25,894 bases of DNA from a virus (Duplodnaviria > Caudoviricetes), in IMG/VR virus record IMGVR_UViG_3300037463_000010, positions 1 through 25,894 of that record; one strand, 5' to 3'. Below, piece after piece: positions 1 to 8,155 of this stretch. The notes beneath the pieces are model-generated. The model saw nothing but the letters and a program-made list of their open reading frames with translations. It ran no database searches and was not told the DNA's origin. The number at the start of each line of letters is the position of its first letter. The first letter of the stretch is position 1. The position numbers and the translations under genes were made by a program.

Positions 1-1
1 C

Positions 2-283
2 CACTATCAGAGGTACACGGCGAACGAGGCGGACAGACTGCGGCGGGAGCTGGAAGCCGAGCGCAAGCGGTCACATTTGGCAGACCAGTCCGCGAGGTTT
101 TGGCAGGACAATGCCGAGGACGCGCGCCGCTCCCTTTCCGCGACAAAGGGCGTCGTGACGCGCCTGAAGAACCGGGCGGCGCATGGCGTCTGCCCCTGCT
201 GCAATCGCACGTTCCAGCAGCTCGCGCGCCACATGAAGGCAAAGCATCCCGACTTCGCGCCGGACAAAACAGACGCCGCATGA
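2..283 (+). CDS. 5'-truncated phage protein with coiled coil and C-terminal C2H2-type zinc finger
   Basis: The frame is open from the window start. It ends in CPCCNRTFQQLARHMKAKHP, and its stop overlaps the next ATG (ATGA at 280-283). Confidence 0.85.
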   Translation, partial: HYQRYTANEADRLRRELEAERKRSHLADQSARFWQDNAEDARRSLSATKGVVTRLKNRAAHGVCPCCNRTFQQLARHMKAKHPDFAPDKTDAA

Positions 284-699
284 CCGATGACCCCTTCGCG
301 CCGCGGCCCTTCCATCCGACCCTCTGCGTCCTGCCGTGCAACGCGTGGGCGTTCACGGCGGCGGAGGAGTGCTGGTGGGTCGGCATGATGATCCATGACG
401 TGACTAGCACGCGCGAGGTCATCCTGCATGACTTCAGCATCACGAGCGCGGCCGGCAGGGACTTGCTCACCATCCCCCTCGGACGGCGGCAGGAAGCGGG
501 CACGTCGTACCACTGGCACAAGGCGCGGCCGTGGAAGCTCCGAGAGGGCGATACCATCCGGCTGTCGCTCGCGGAGACGCCCAAAGCGCGGATGCGCCTG
601 GAAGTCGCCCTATGGGCGTGGGAGGACTACCAGGAGCCCACAAAAGAGGAGCGGATGGCGCTGGCGATGGAGTTGCGGAAGAAGCCGAAGGAGGGATGA
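280..699 (+). CDS. Hypothetical phage protein (139 aa, MTDDPF...)
   Basis: ATG at 280 is coupled to the upstream stop; the longer 100..699 start overlaps the previous gene. Confidence 0.75.
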   Translation: MTDDPFAPRPFHPTLCVLPCNAWAFTAAEECWWVGMMIHDVTSTREVILHDFSITSAAGRDLLTIPLGRRQEAGTSYHWHKARPWKLREGDTIRLSLAETPKARMRLEVALWAWEDYQEPTKEERMALAMELRKKPKEG

Positions 700-702
700 G
701 AG

Positions 703-1059
703 ATGAGCGAAGACGGTTCCGTGAAGCGTAGCAAGGGAAACATCTATTTCCACCCGGAGAACTATGGCCTATGGGTTCTCGCGGAGTTGAAGGACAGCAG
801 GTGTCAGTTTGACTTCAACTCCGTCGTCGCGTGGATGCACGAGGACGGCACGGTCTACTGGCAGCAGGACAGCGGTTCGTCCGAGCCATTGCCCTTTGAC
901 AGGTTTCGCGAACTCGGCAGCCTGAACCGCGCCGCGCCGGACCTTCGCGACCTTATCGCGGCCGTGGATTCTCATCGGGAGCATGGCCGGGCAGATGCTG
1001 ACAGGTTCCTCTCTGCCGTCCGGAACGCTATGAAGAGGCGTGAGACGCCGAAGGAGTGA
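703..1059 (+). CDS. Small phage protein of the 'YW.QDSG(C)S(C)P.PF' family; paralogue of 24044..24385
   Basis: GAGGG upstream of the start; aligns end to end with the 113-aa ORF at 24044..24385. Confidence 0.85.
   Translation: MSEDGSVKRSKGNIYFHPENYGLWVLAELKDSRCQFDFNSVVAWMHEDGTVYWQQDSGSSEPLPFDRFRELGSLNRAAPDLRDLIAAVDSHREHGRADADRFLSAVRNAMKRRETPKE
918..968. repeat. 51-bp inverted repeat, copy 1 (partner 24138-24188)
   Basis: 49/51 identity to the reverse complement of 24138-24188. Confidence 0.9.
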
Positions 1060-1063
1060 AGCG

Positions 1064-1201
1064 TTGACGCACGAACAGCAGCACGCACTATCAGCACTCC
1101 GCAGCGCCCTTCACGAATTCTTACGGGTCTTCGGCCGATGCCACCTTGCAAGCGCGTTGCTGGACTACCTCCCTCATTGGGAACGGCGGAAGGGAGCGTG
1201 A
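1064..1201 (+). CDS. Small hypothetical protein, 45 aa (MTHEQQHALSALRSALHEFLRVFGRCHLASALLDYLPHWERRKGA)
   Basis: AAGGAG 7 nt upstream of a TTG start; ends just before the terminator; too short for the ORF track. Confidence 0.6.
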   Translation: MTHEQQHALSALRSALHEFLRVFGRCHLASALLDYLPHWERRKGA

Positions 1202-1204
1202 ATT

Positions 1205-1259
1205 CGTAAACGGGGCCGGGAGTGTGCGTAAGTGCATAACTCCCGGCCCCGCTTGATTT
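1205..1259. terminator. Bidirectional intrinsic terminator
   Basis: Perfect 13-bp stem CGGGGCCGGGAGT/ACTCCCGGCCCCG (1211-1223/1239-1251) between convergent units, with short T-rich tails on both strands. Confidence 0.8.
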
Positions 1260-1260
1260 G

Positions 1261-1360
1261 TGGTACGGCGTCAGGGATCGAACCTGACCGACTCGAACGG
1301 CACGAATAGCCCGTCGCTACTCCCTCGCGGGAACGTGTCACCTCTCCACGCCGCCGCCGT
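1261..1360 (-). ncRNA. tRNA-like RNA (~100 nt) with encoded CCA and no canonical anticodon arm
   Basis: Minus strand reads ACGGCG..CGTG-GAGAGGTGA-CACG (D-like arm), TTCCC-GCGA-GGGAG, an extra arm, TCAGG-TTCGATC-CCTGA (T arm), CGCCGT-A-CCA. TAGAAT lies upstream and a terminator lies 10 nt downstream. Confidence 0.7.
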
Positions 1361-1368
1361 ACAGTGCA

Positions 1369-1374
1369 ATTCTA
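1369..1374 (-). promoter_or_regulatory. Putative -10 box (TAGAAT) for the tRNA-like RNA
   Basis: TAGAAT is 8 nt upstream of the acceptor-stem 5' strand; no convincing -35. Confidence 0.45.
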
Positions 1375-1377
1375 CCT

Positions 1378-2232
1378 CTACACATCCGCACCCGCACGGA
1401 CCACGTTCACGCCATCCCCGTAAACAATCGCCCGCTTCGTGGCCGCCACCGCCACGCCGCTGCCGCCGTTCGTCTTGAAGGTGAGGGCGAACCCGCCCGT
1501 CGTCCCGTTGTAGACGATCCACTCCCTGCCGTCCGTCGCCGGCAGGATGATGTCCCGCCCGGCCGTTAGGGCCCCGGTGAACTCCAGGATGCGGTTCTCC
1601 GCCTCCACCGTCGTCAGCGTCCGGTTCGCGTCCGAGAGCGCGATAGAGACACGCCGATGCACCGCCGCCCGTACGCCGTTCAGCGCGACTTGCCGCTCGT
1701 TCGTGACCGTCGCCACTGCGCCCCCGGAGGCCGCCGCCGTGCCCCACAGGAGCGATGCGCCGTGGCTGTCCGTGGTGAGGGGGTCCGTCCCGGTCGTGTT
1801 GACCGTCCACGTCCCGTCCTGCCGCAGGAACAGGTAGTTCATGGCGTTGTCGGTCAGCCCGCCCACCGTGCCCGCATCCAGCGCCACCGGCGTGTTGACG
1901 AAGGCGGAGAGGGCCGTGAACGCCACGGACAGCCCCGTGCCAGCGGAGAGCGTCCCGCCGGTCACCGCGCCGTTGCCGAGGTAGGCGGTCAGCAGCTCGC
2001 ACCAGGCCCCGGCCCACTTGCCGAAGTTGCCGGCCTCCGCGATGTTCGTGTTCAGCCGATCCAGGAGCGGCGCGCCCGTGAGGCCCGCGGTCAGCGGCGT
2101 CAGGCTCGATTGCAGGTAGGGGGAGGTGGCGACATCCCCGTCCGGCCCCGGACCTCCGCCGCCGGTCGTCCCCGGCTCCTCCGGGATGGTCTCCAGACCG
2201 CCCGGCACTTCAATGGGTGGTAGCGTAGGCAT
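1378..2232 (-). CDS. Tail fibre / tail-tip structural protein
   Basis: G/T/A-rich, beta-prone 284 aa; last gene of the tail operon; TAATG coupling to the upstream gene. Confidence 0.75.
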   Translation of the reverse strand: MPTLPPIEVPGGLETIPEEPGTTGGGGPGPDGDVATSPYLQSSLTPLTAGLTGAPLLDRLNTNIAEAGNFGKWAGAWCELLTAYLGNGAVTGGTLSAGTGLSVAFTALSAFVNTPVALDAGTVGGLTDNAMNYLFLRQDGTWTVNTTGTDPLTTDSHGASLLWGTAAASGGAVATVTNERQVALNGVRAAVHRRVSIALSDANRTLTTVEAENRILEFTGALTAGRDIILPATDGREWIVYNGTTGGFALTFKTNGGSGVAVAATKRAIVYGDGVNVVRAGADV

Positions 2233-3692
2233 TATGAGAAGTCCTTTCCGTTGGTGGACGACTTGAACGTGATCCCGCCGGAAGCGGTGTAGCAGATACC
2301 GACGTTCCAGACGCCGCCGGCCGTCACGAACTCAGCCACGGATATCGGGTCATCGTCCACGCCGGACGAGATAGCCGTGAACTCCGCCTCCATCTCCGTG
2401 CCGAGTGTGTCGAAGATCCTGCCTTTGATTGCCCCACCGCTCCGCCAGTACACGAGGATTCGCTTATCCCGCGTGATGAGCAGGCCCGGATTGGACCCGG
2501 AACCCACGTTAATCGTCATCTCCCACGTGCTCCCTTCGTCCTGCGTGCGGGCGATATAGACCTGCCGCGCGCCCGAGACGACCTTCGTGTAAGCGAGCCA
2601 GAGGGCCTGTTCCTTGCTCTGCTTGTCGATGCGCAGGCAGGGCTCCTCGCCGCCCGGCATGGCCCAGGAGGGCGTACTCAACGCCCATGCCGGCGTGCCT
2701 ATCGGGTCTACCTTCGTCGCGTACTGAATGGCGATCCCGCCCCCGCTGCCGCCGTACATGGTGGAAGTGGAGGCGAACGCGCGCCACTGGTACATCCGGT
2801 CCCCCACGTCATAGGAGACATGGTTTCCGATGTCGCCCCCCTCCGATGGGACAGGCATCTGCACGTCACAGTGCAGGAGCACCGCGAGGTCCGGCTTCCT
2901 GACCGTTACCTCCCCGTTGTAGGTGTAGACATGCCCAGGAGGCGGGTTGACCGGGTAGTAGCTGTTGATCCTCCAGATCTCGTGGTTTGGCGGCGCATTC
3001 GCGATGAACTGCTCGGACCACCAGTTCATTCCGAACACCTTGCCCCGCCAGTAGAGGTTCCAGTACGGGTCCAGCTTGATCGTGCCCTTGATCTTCGCCG
3101 TCATCCCCCGATGGTCGAAGAGCCAATGAGTGAGGTACGCCACCCCGTTACGCGGCACGTTGGACGTGCCGCCGGGGTCGTATCCCTCGATGGAGAGCTG
3201 CCGGTCTCCTTTGGCAGTCCAGTCCGAATCCGCAATGAGCGTCACGGCCCCGCCGCCCGTCGCGGGCTCGGCCCCCATGTAGTCGAAGCTGTTGAACTGC
3301 TGTAGCCCTAGAGGCTCGTCCGTGCCGTCGCTCTCAATGTGCGCGAACGCATCGACCTGTCCGTCCGCGGTCCCGTCCGAGTAAAGGTCATGGCTCCACT
3401 TCGAGCGCAGGGAAATGCCGAGCGCCATCTCGATGGTGACGTTGCTCAGGCCGTTGGACAGCCCCGTGCCAGTGGGCCCCAGGTGCGGCCATTCCGGGAT
3501 CTCTATCTCCCCCTCGAAGTCCCACTCGTAATAGGCCGGATACGACGGCTGGTTGTTCCTCGTCGAGGGCACCTTGTAACTGTGGAACGGATACTCCGAC
3601 AGGTACTCCCACGAGCCGGAGTGAGAGTGCGTGTACGTGACGCTTTCCCCGGTGATCGTCACATCCGCCCGAATGGTGAAGTGCTCGGGCAT
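2232..3692 (-). CDS. Tail-associated protein with C-terminal Asp-box/BNR-like repeats
   Basis: RTQDEGSTW and SSTNGKDF motifs; lies downstream of the hub; TAATG couplings. Confidence 0.7.
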   Translation of the reverse strand: MPEHFTIRADVTITGESVTYTHSHSGSWEYLSEYPFHSYKVPSTRNNQPSYPAYYEWDFEGEIEIPEWPHLGPTGTGLSNGLSNVTIEMALGISLRSKWSHDLYSDGTADGQVDAFAHIESDGTDEPLGLQQFNSFDYMGAEPATGGGAVTLIADSDWTAKGDRQLSIEGYDPGGTSNVPRNGVAYLTHWLFDHRGMTAKIKGTIKLDPYWNLYWRGKVFGMNWWSEQFIANAPPNHEIWRINSYYPVNPPPGHVYTYNGEVTVRKPDLAVLLHCDVQMPVPSEGGDIGNHVSYDVGDRMYQWRAFASTSTMYGGSGGGIAIQYATKVDPIGTPAWALSTPSWAMPGGEEPCLRIDKQSKEQALWLAYTKVVSGARQVYIARTQDEGSTWEMTINVGSGSNPGLLITRDKRILVYWRSGGAIKGRIFDTLGTEMEAEFTAISSGVDDDPISVAEFVTAGGVWNVGICYTASGGITFKSSTNGKDFS

Positions 3693-3916
3693 TAGCCGAA
3701 GTACCGGACCGCATCCGGGTCGTCGATCATGTGGACGCCCAGGACGAAGCGGTCATAGAGCGTGCCGGACACCTCCACCTGCAGCTCCGTCCGCGCGGCC
3801 GTGCGAACCGGCGCGGCGGGGCCGCGGTCCGGGGATTGGGGGAGGATGCGGGCTTGTTGGATGCCGAGTATCCGCCGCGCGTGCCGCCTCTCCACATCGG
3901 CCAGGGTGTACCGCAT
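3692..3916 (-). CDS. Small tail-module protein (74 aa)
   Basis: GGAG upstream; fills the gap between the hub and the next gene exactly. Confidence 0.7.
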   Translation of the reverse strand: MRYTLADVERRHARRILGIQQARILPQSPDRGPAAPVRTAARTELQVEVSGTLYDRFVLGVHMIDDPDAVRYFG

Positions 3917-3919
3917 AGA

Positions 3920-6151
3920 CTATGCTCCTATGTACTCGCCGGTGTAGAGTGTCGGCCGCCACACCATGTCTTGATCCCCGACCCATGATGCGGCGTGCTC
4001 CCGGCTCAGGTCGTCGGCGGAGAGTGTGTTCACGCGAAAGATGCCGATGCCGTCCAGGCGCACAGGATCGCCCCTCCAGACCATCGCACCGTCCAACTTA
4101 CCCAGCAGATCACACTCCCATTCGCCCATCCTGCGGACCTTCGGAAGGCGGTTTACCAGCACGGCCAGGGCGTAGTTCGCCATCTCCTGCGTCGTGATGA
4201 CCTGGGGCTCCACCAGTCCGTACCGCCGCGGCTCCCCGAGCCAGTTCGCCGGCCGGTCCCCCGGAGCAAGCGTCATGTCCTGGCTAACCACGTCCGCCCA
4301 ATGAGCAATCAGAGCCGTCCCCGTGCGAGGATGCCGGCCCACGACGGTGATGTCGTTCGCCTCCGGCTCCAGGTGGGTCTCGCGATAGGTTCGGTAGACG
4401 TACCGGGGCGCGAGCGCGTGGGCATCCGCCGCGGACGCTCCGCCGGCTATGAGGGCGTTGTATGCGGCCTGCACCGTGCCGTAGATGGTGGCGACGGGCG
4501 TGGTGCCGATGGATGCCGGAGACGCCACCCGGAACTTCGGGCCGGCCGCAGTCGGAACCCATCCGACAAAGTAGTCCCCGCAGAACGTCTCCCACAGCTT
4601 GATAATCCAGTCCGCGGGCGTGTCGCCTACTTCCGGCAGCAGGGAGTGTTCACCCTCGCTCTCCTGCCCTACGGCGGGCAGTATCAGGTCCATCTCCTCC
4701 ACGTCCATCATGGAGAACGGAAAGCCGGGCATCATCGCGAAGAACTCGAACGCCTCATGCAGGTACATCCGGTTGATCGGCAGCGGGTCTTGAATGCGGT
4801 AGGTCTCCAGCGCCTTCCACAGATCCCGGCCGGGCAGGGTGAGGCGGCGGCTGTTATCGCTGTAGCTCTCCTCCCACTTGGGCGCATCCGTCCTGCCGGT
4901 GAAGATTGGGACCGTCCCCACGTAGGCGCGTATCGGCCGGTTGCCGATGGTGCGGACGCTCGCCCCGCTCGCCACTTCCAACGTGGCCGGGTTCTGTAGG
5001 GTCACGTCGAACTTCACATCGGCCGGCCCCTCTCCGACCGTGTAGCTGGCGGAGACCATGTAGTTCGCCAGGGGGATGTTCGCGGCCGGCGTGTTCGCCG
5101 TGGACGGCTCCAGAGTCACTGTAGCCCCGTACAGGTAGGGAGTGCTATCGCTGTCCCCCGTCAGGTCTATCCGAATGCGTACGGTGTCGAGGGCGCCATC
5201 GGGCTCGAATTCGGTCGTGCCGTCTTCCTCCACGAGTGACGCGAACACCTCTCCGCTTCCGTACCCCGGATCGTCTGTATTGCCGTAGAATGTGAATTCG
5301 CTGTCTTCGGGTGGCGGGTAGCGAAACTGCTTGACAGAGGAGACGATATAGCCCGAGGTCTTAAACTTCAGCGGGGCAAACTGAACCGACGCCTGGCCCT
5401 CCGGCACATACCACCAGAAAGGCCCGGCCCCGGTGATTGTGGGGATCTCTTCGTTCGGGTCCAGGTCTTCAAAGAGGAAGTTGCATCCCCCGCCCTGGTT
5501 GGAGAGCAGAAGCAGCTCCCGCTGCCTGCACGGGATCATTACGACGTTCACAATGTTCTGAGCGAACTGTCGGTCCTGAGAGCCGGTGTCGCTTCCCTGC
5601 GGCCCCAGCGGTTGCGGGTACTTTTGCTTGCCGGTGATTGAGCCGGTGGCGAGCTTCACGCCGTTTCGGTAGCACTCCACCTTGCCATCGGACGTGAAGC
5701 GCAGGCGAACATCCGCGTCCGTATCCCGGCCCCAGCCGCACTCAAGCTGCACAAAAGACTCGCCGCCGCTGTTGTAGGCGAACCACGAAAGGTAGACGGG
5801 GCGGTTCCGGTCAAAGCTGGTATTGGTGTAGACCTCCTCGTTAATATCGACGGATTGCAGGTAGTTATTGCCGTCAAAACCGAGGCTAAAGTCCTTCCAC
5901 TTCGCTGGAGTGGTGAGCGTGTAGTTCGCTTTCTTGTGCCGCGCATATTGCCCTGTGGCCGGACCTGTGCCCCATTGCTCCGTGTAGGGCAGCGGGAGGA
6001 GCATGCCCGTCTTCGTAATGGGATCGAGACCCACATCGGGGGAACTCGCTTCCAGTTCCCAATCCCGCCCGTCCGTGAGCAGGGCGAGCCTGTCCAGCAG
6101 GATGCGCGGCTCCTGGGTGTCGAGGAAAACCGATAGAACGGGCAGGGGCAT
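3920..6151 (-). CDS. Baseplate hub / tail-tip protein (743 aa)
   Basis: First structural gene after the tape measure. Its C-terminal pattern resembles hub proteins (LTLPGRDLWKAL...EANDITVVG...GDPVRLDG..FRVNTLS). Confidence 0.7.
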   Translation of the reverse strand: MPLPVLSVFLDTQEPRILLDRLALLTDGRDWELEASSPDVGLDPITKTGMLLPLPYTEQWGTGPATGQYARHKKANYTLTTPAKWKDFSLGFDGNNYLQSVDINEEVYTNTSFDRNRPVYLSWFAYNSGGESFVQLECGWGRDTDADVRLRFTSDGKVECYRNGVKLATGSITGKQKYPQPLGPQGSDTGSQDRQFAQNIVNVVMIPCRQRELLLLSNQGGGCNFLFEDLDPNEEIPTITGAGPFWWYVPEGQASVQFAPLKFKTSGYIVSSVKQFRYPPPEDSEFTFYGNTDDPGYGSGEVFASLVEEDGTTEFEPDGALDTVRIRIDLTGDSDSTPYLYGATVTLEPSTANTPAANIPLANYMVSASYTVGEGPADVKFDVTLQNPATLEVASGASVRTIGNRPIRAYVGTVPIFTGRTDAPKWEESYSDNSRRLTLPGRDLWKALETYRIQDPLPINRMYLHEAFEFFAMMPGFPFSMMDVEEMDLILPAVGQESEGEHSLLPEVGDTPADWIIKLWETFCGDYFVGWVPTAAGPKFRVASPASIGTTPVATIYGTVQAAYNALIAGGASAADAHALAPRYVYRTYRETHLEPEANDITVVGRHPRTGTALIAHWADVVSQDMTLAPGDRPANWLGEPRRYGLVEPQVITTQEMANYALAVLVNRLPKVRRMGEWECDLLGKLDGAMVWRGDPVRLDGIGIFRVNTLSADDLSREHAASWVGDQDMVWRPTLYTGEYIGA

Positions 6152-6189
6152 GGCTTATGCTTCCGCGTGGATGAATAAGATACCCTTAT

Positions 6190-6218
6190 AGTTTAGACGG
6201 CAAGCAGGGAAAAGTCAA
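6190..6218 (-). promoter_or_regulatory. Sigma70-like promoter for the distal tail genes
   Basis: TTGACT-17 nt-TAAACT, about 40 nt upstream of the hub ATG. Confidence 0.7.
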
Positions 6219-6304
6219 ACAGAGAGGGGACACGTTCCGCTTCTGGGCGACTGACGCGAGTATTTACGTACGCTTAATGCCGGTGATAGGGAGGGCTCAG
6301 AATG

Positions 6305-6310
6305 TATAAT
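6305..6310 (+). promoter_or_regulatory. Putative -10 box (TATAAT) for dinD
   Basis: Perfect TATAAT 30 nt upstream of ATG 6341; weak -35. Confidence 0.5.
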
Positions 6311-6340
6311 AATGGTTCGCGTGGGAAGGGAAAACAGCCA

Positions 6341-7168
6341 ATGAGCACTCCAGAATACGGCACGTGCGCCGAGACTTTCGAGAGCATGATGAAGGCCAAC
6401 GGCTTTGCCTATTGGCTCGCCTCGGACCTGATGGGGCTGCTCGGATACCAGGACATGAAGACGTTCACCCGCGCAATCAATAAGGCGCAGGCTGCGTGCG
6501 CAACCCTCGGCATCCCCATCGATGAGAACTTCATCCGCGTCCGCGCAGATGGACAGCCGGACGACTACAAGCTGTCTCGCTTCGGCTGCTACCTGACCGT
6601 GATGAACGGTGATGTGAAGAAGCCCGCGGTGGCGACGGCGCAGGCATACTTCGCGGTGCTCGCGGAATCGATGCGCCAGCACATCCAGGAGGCCGCCGGA
6701 GTGGAGCGCGTCCTGCTCCGCGGCAAGGTGACCGAGCACGAAAAGTCACTGGCGGGTGTGGCGAAGGCGGCCGGCGTAGAGGTGTATGCGTTCTTTCAGA
6801 ACGAGGGATACCGCGGCCTCTACAACATGGGGCTGAAAGAACTCAGGGCGTATAAGGGGCTGGAAGATGGCAAGCCCCTCCTCGATTACATGGGGAAGAC
6901 TGAGCTCGCCGCCAATCTCTTCCGCATCACGCAGACGGAAGAGAAGATCAAGAACGAGCAGATCACCGGCCAGGTACGGCTGGAGAATGCGGCCTTTACT
7001 GTCGGGCGCAAGGTGCGTCAGACGATGGTGGAGATCAGCGGAGGCCGCCCTGAAGACCTGCCATTGGAGCAGAACATCAAAGAGGTGCAGTCCGGTATCA
7101 AGAAGACGCACAAGCGGTTCAAGGTGATGGACAAAGCGAAGCAGATCAAACCGAAGTCCACACCGTGA
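6341..7168 (+). CDS. dinD: DNA-damage-inducible protein D family (Bro-N-like N-terminus)
   Basis: YWLASDLMGLLGY..F..AINKA..AC; DYKLSRFGCYLTVMNGD..KP.VA.AQAYFA; FQNEGYRGLY; LLDYMGKTELAANLFRITQTEEKI; GG.PEDLP. Confidence 0.9.
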   Translation: MSTPEYGTCAETFESMMKANGFAYWLASDLMGLLGYQDMKTFTRAINKAQAACATLGIPIDENFIRVRADGQPDDYKLSRFGCYLTVMNGDVKKPAVATAQAYFAVLAESMRQHIQEAAGVERVLLRGKVTEHEKSLAGVAKAAGVEVYAFFQNEGYRGLYNMGLKELRAYKGLEDGKPLLDYMGKTELAANLFRITQTEEKIKNEQITGQVRLENAAFTVGRKVRQTMVEISGGRPEDLPLEQNIKEVQSGIKKTHKRFKVMDKAKQIKPKSTP

Positions 7169-7173
7169 AATAC

Positions 7174-7212
7174 AAAGCGGGCCCTCGGCAATGCCGAGGG
7201 CCCGCTGCTTTC
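7174..7212. terminator. Intrinsic terminator after dinD
   Basis: Perfect inverted repeat AGCGGGCCCTCGGC-AAT-GCCGAGGGCCCGCT (7176-7206), with AAA before it and GCTTT after it. Confidence 0.8.
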
Positions 7213-7285
7213 TGCCCGCAAGGAGGAACGTTCAGTCCGCCCGGTGAATCAGCCCGCCGACTCATTGTCGCGAAAGGCACTTTAC

Positions 7286-7843
7286 ATGGACGACCGGATT
7301 AAGACCTATTCCCCAGCACTAATCGCTATTCTCCTGCTCGCCTTCTTCGGATGGAGGATGCAGGCCAGCATTGCGCCGCCCCGGCCCGCGGCCGCCGCTA
7401 TGGCTCCCCTTATTGCTGAACGGGTGCCTGAACCTCCAAAACCAGCCGTGAAGGAGAAGCCCAAGAGCCTTGAAGATGTCATCGGCAAGCCGGTCAGCAC
7501 TCCTCACGAGCCGGTTCCTGAGCACCTTCCCGTCCCGTTGACGTTTGACCAGCAGACGGCGGTTCGGAATGGCACTGACAAAGAGGACGAGGAACCCGGC
7601 GGCTACATCATGGGCGGTCGTTCCTCCGGCGCAAAGACCGTTAGCGTAAGAGGGCGTGAGCGCGAAGAACTCTTCTGCTCGCCTTACGAGATCATCTATG
7701 CTCTCGCAGTCAAAGACCTCGTTCGAAAGCGAAGTGCAACCCTCCCGCGTCACACTGGCGATGGCGGCATATTCCCATACGCGGGAGCAGGGGAACTGTT
7801 GAATGAGCTGTGCCGTTGGCGCGGCGCAGCGATGCTCCTGTAG
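7286..7843 (+). CDS. Membrane-anchored Pro-rich protein, probably truncated near 7654 and reading through antisense sequence
   Basis: N-terminal hydrophobic helix (ALIAILLLAFFGW), Pro-rich linker, then ...KTVSVRG, after which the frame runs antisense to the nuclease gene. Confidence 0.6.
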   Translation: MDDRIKTYSPALIAILLLAFFGWRMQASIAPPRPAAAAMAPLIAERVPEPPKPAVKEKPKSLEDVIGKPVSTPHEPVPEHLPVPLTFDQQTAVRNGTDKEDEEPGGYIMGGRSSGAKTVSVRGREREELFCSPYEIIYALAVKDLVRKRSATLPRHTGDGGIFPYAGAGELLNELCRWRGAAMLL

Positions 7844-8155
7844 ACGGGAGTTTACGTCTACTGCGAAGCCGAGCTTTACCCGTCCGGCGGAGAATTCCGG
7901 CACAAGTTGGATGATGTAAAACCATCCCTTGCCATTGCTCACCCTCTGGACATCAGCACCATATCCCTGACTGGCGCGAAGTCCACGCAACACGTCTGCA
8001 TCCTCGGGTGTAAGCGCAAGGGCGACTTGCCCCTGAGTTTTCGCCCCGCGAACAGTCAGGAACGTAAACCCGTTTTTCAAGGCCCACTTGCGAAGTGCGG
8101 ACTTGTCCATGCCGAGTTCGACTGCGAGTTCGCCAAGAAGTATGTTTGCTCCCAT
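7319..8155 (-). CDS. HTH + T5orf172/MUG113 (GIY-YIG-related) domain protein; natural end probably near 7650
   Basis: ATG at 8155 (TAATG coupling). LGELAVELGMDKSALRKW HTH; GWFYIIQ..VKLGF..DVNSRLQEH..EVF. Confidence 0.75.
   Translation of the reverse strand: MGANILLGELAVELGMDKSALRKWALKNGFTFLTVRGAKTQGQVALALTPEDADVLRGLRASQGYGADVQRVSNGKGWFYIIQLVPEFSAGRVKLGFAVDVNSRLQEHRCAAPTAQLIQQFPCSRVWEYAAIASVTREGCTSLSNEVFDCESIDDLVRRAEEFFALTPSYANGLCAGGTTAHDVAAGFLVLFVSAIPNRRLLVKRQRDGKVLRNRLVRSADRLADDIFKALGLLLHGWFWRFRHPFSNKGSHSGGRGPGRRNAGLHPPSEEGEQENSD

Noticed and set aside
1261-1290. attL/attR from integration into a tRNA 3' end
   Set aside because: Phage-like genes lie on both sides, a matching 5' acceptor strand and D arm are present, and no integrase or second copy is in the window. 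Not fully excluded.
1261-1360. Calling the element tRNA-Glu(TTC), tRNA-Sec or tmRNA
   Set aside because: The TATTCGT loop is in the wrong arm and lacks U33; there is no TCA anticodon; it is far too short for tmRNA and has no tag ORF.
1378-3692. Diversity-generating retroelement target in the tail fibres
   Set aside because: No reverse transcriptase and no TR/VR repeat pair with adenine-specific mismatches seen.
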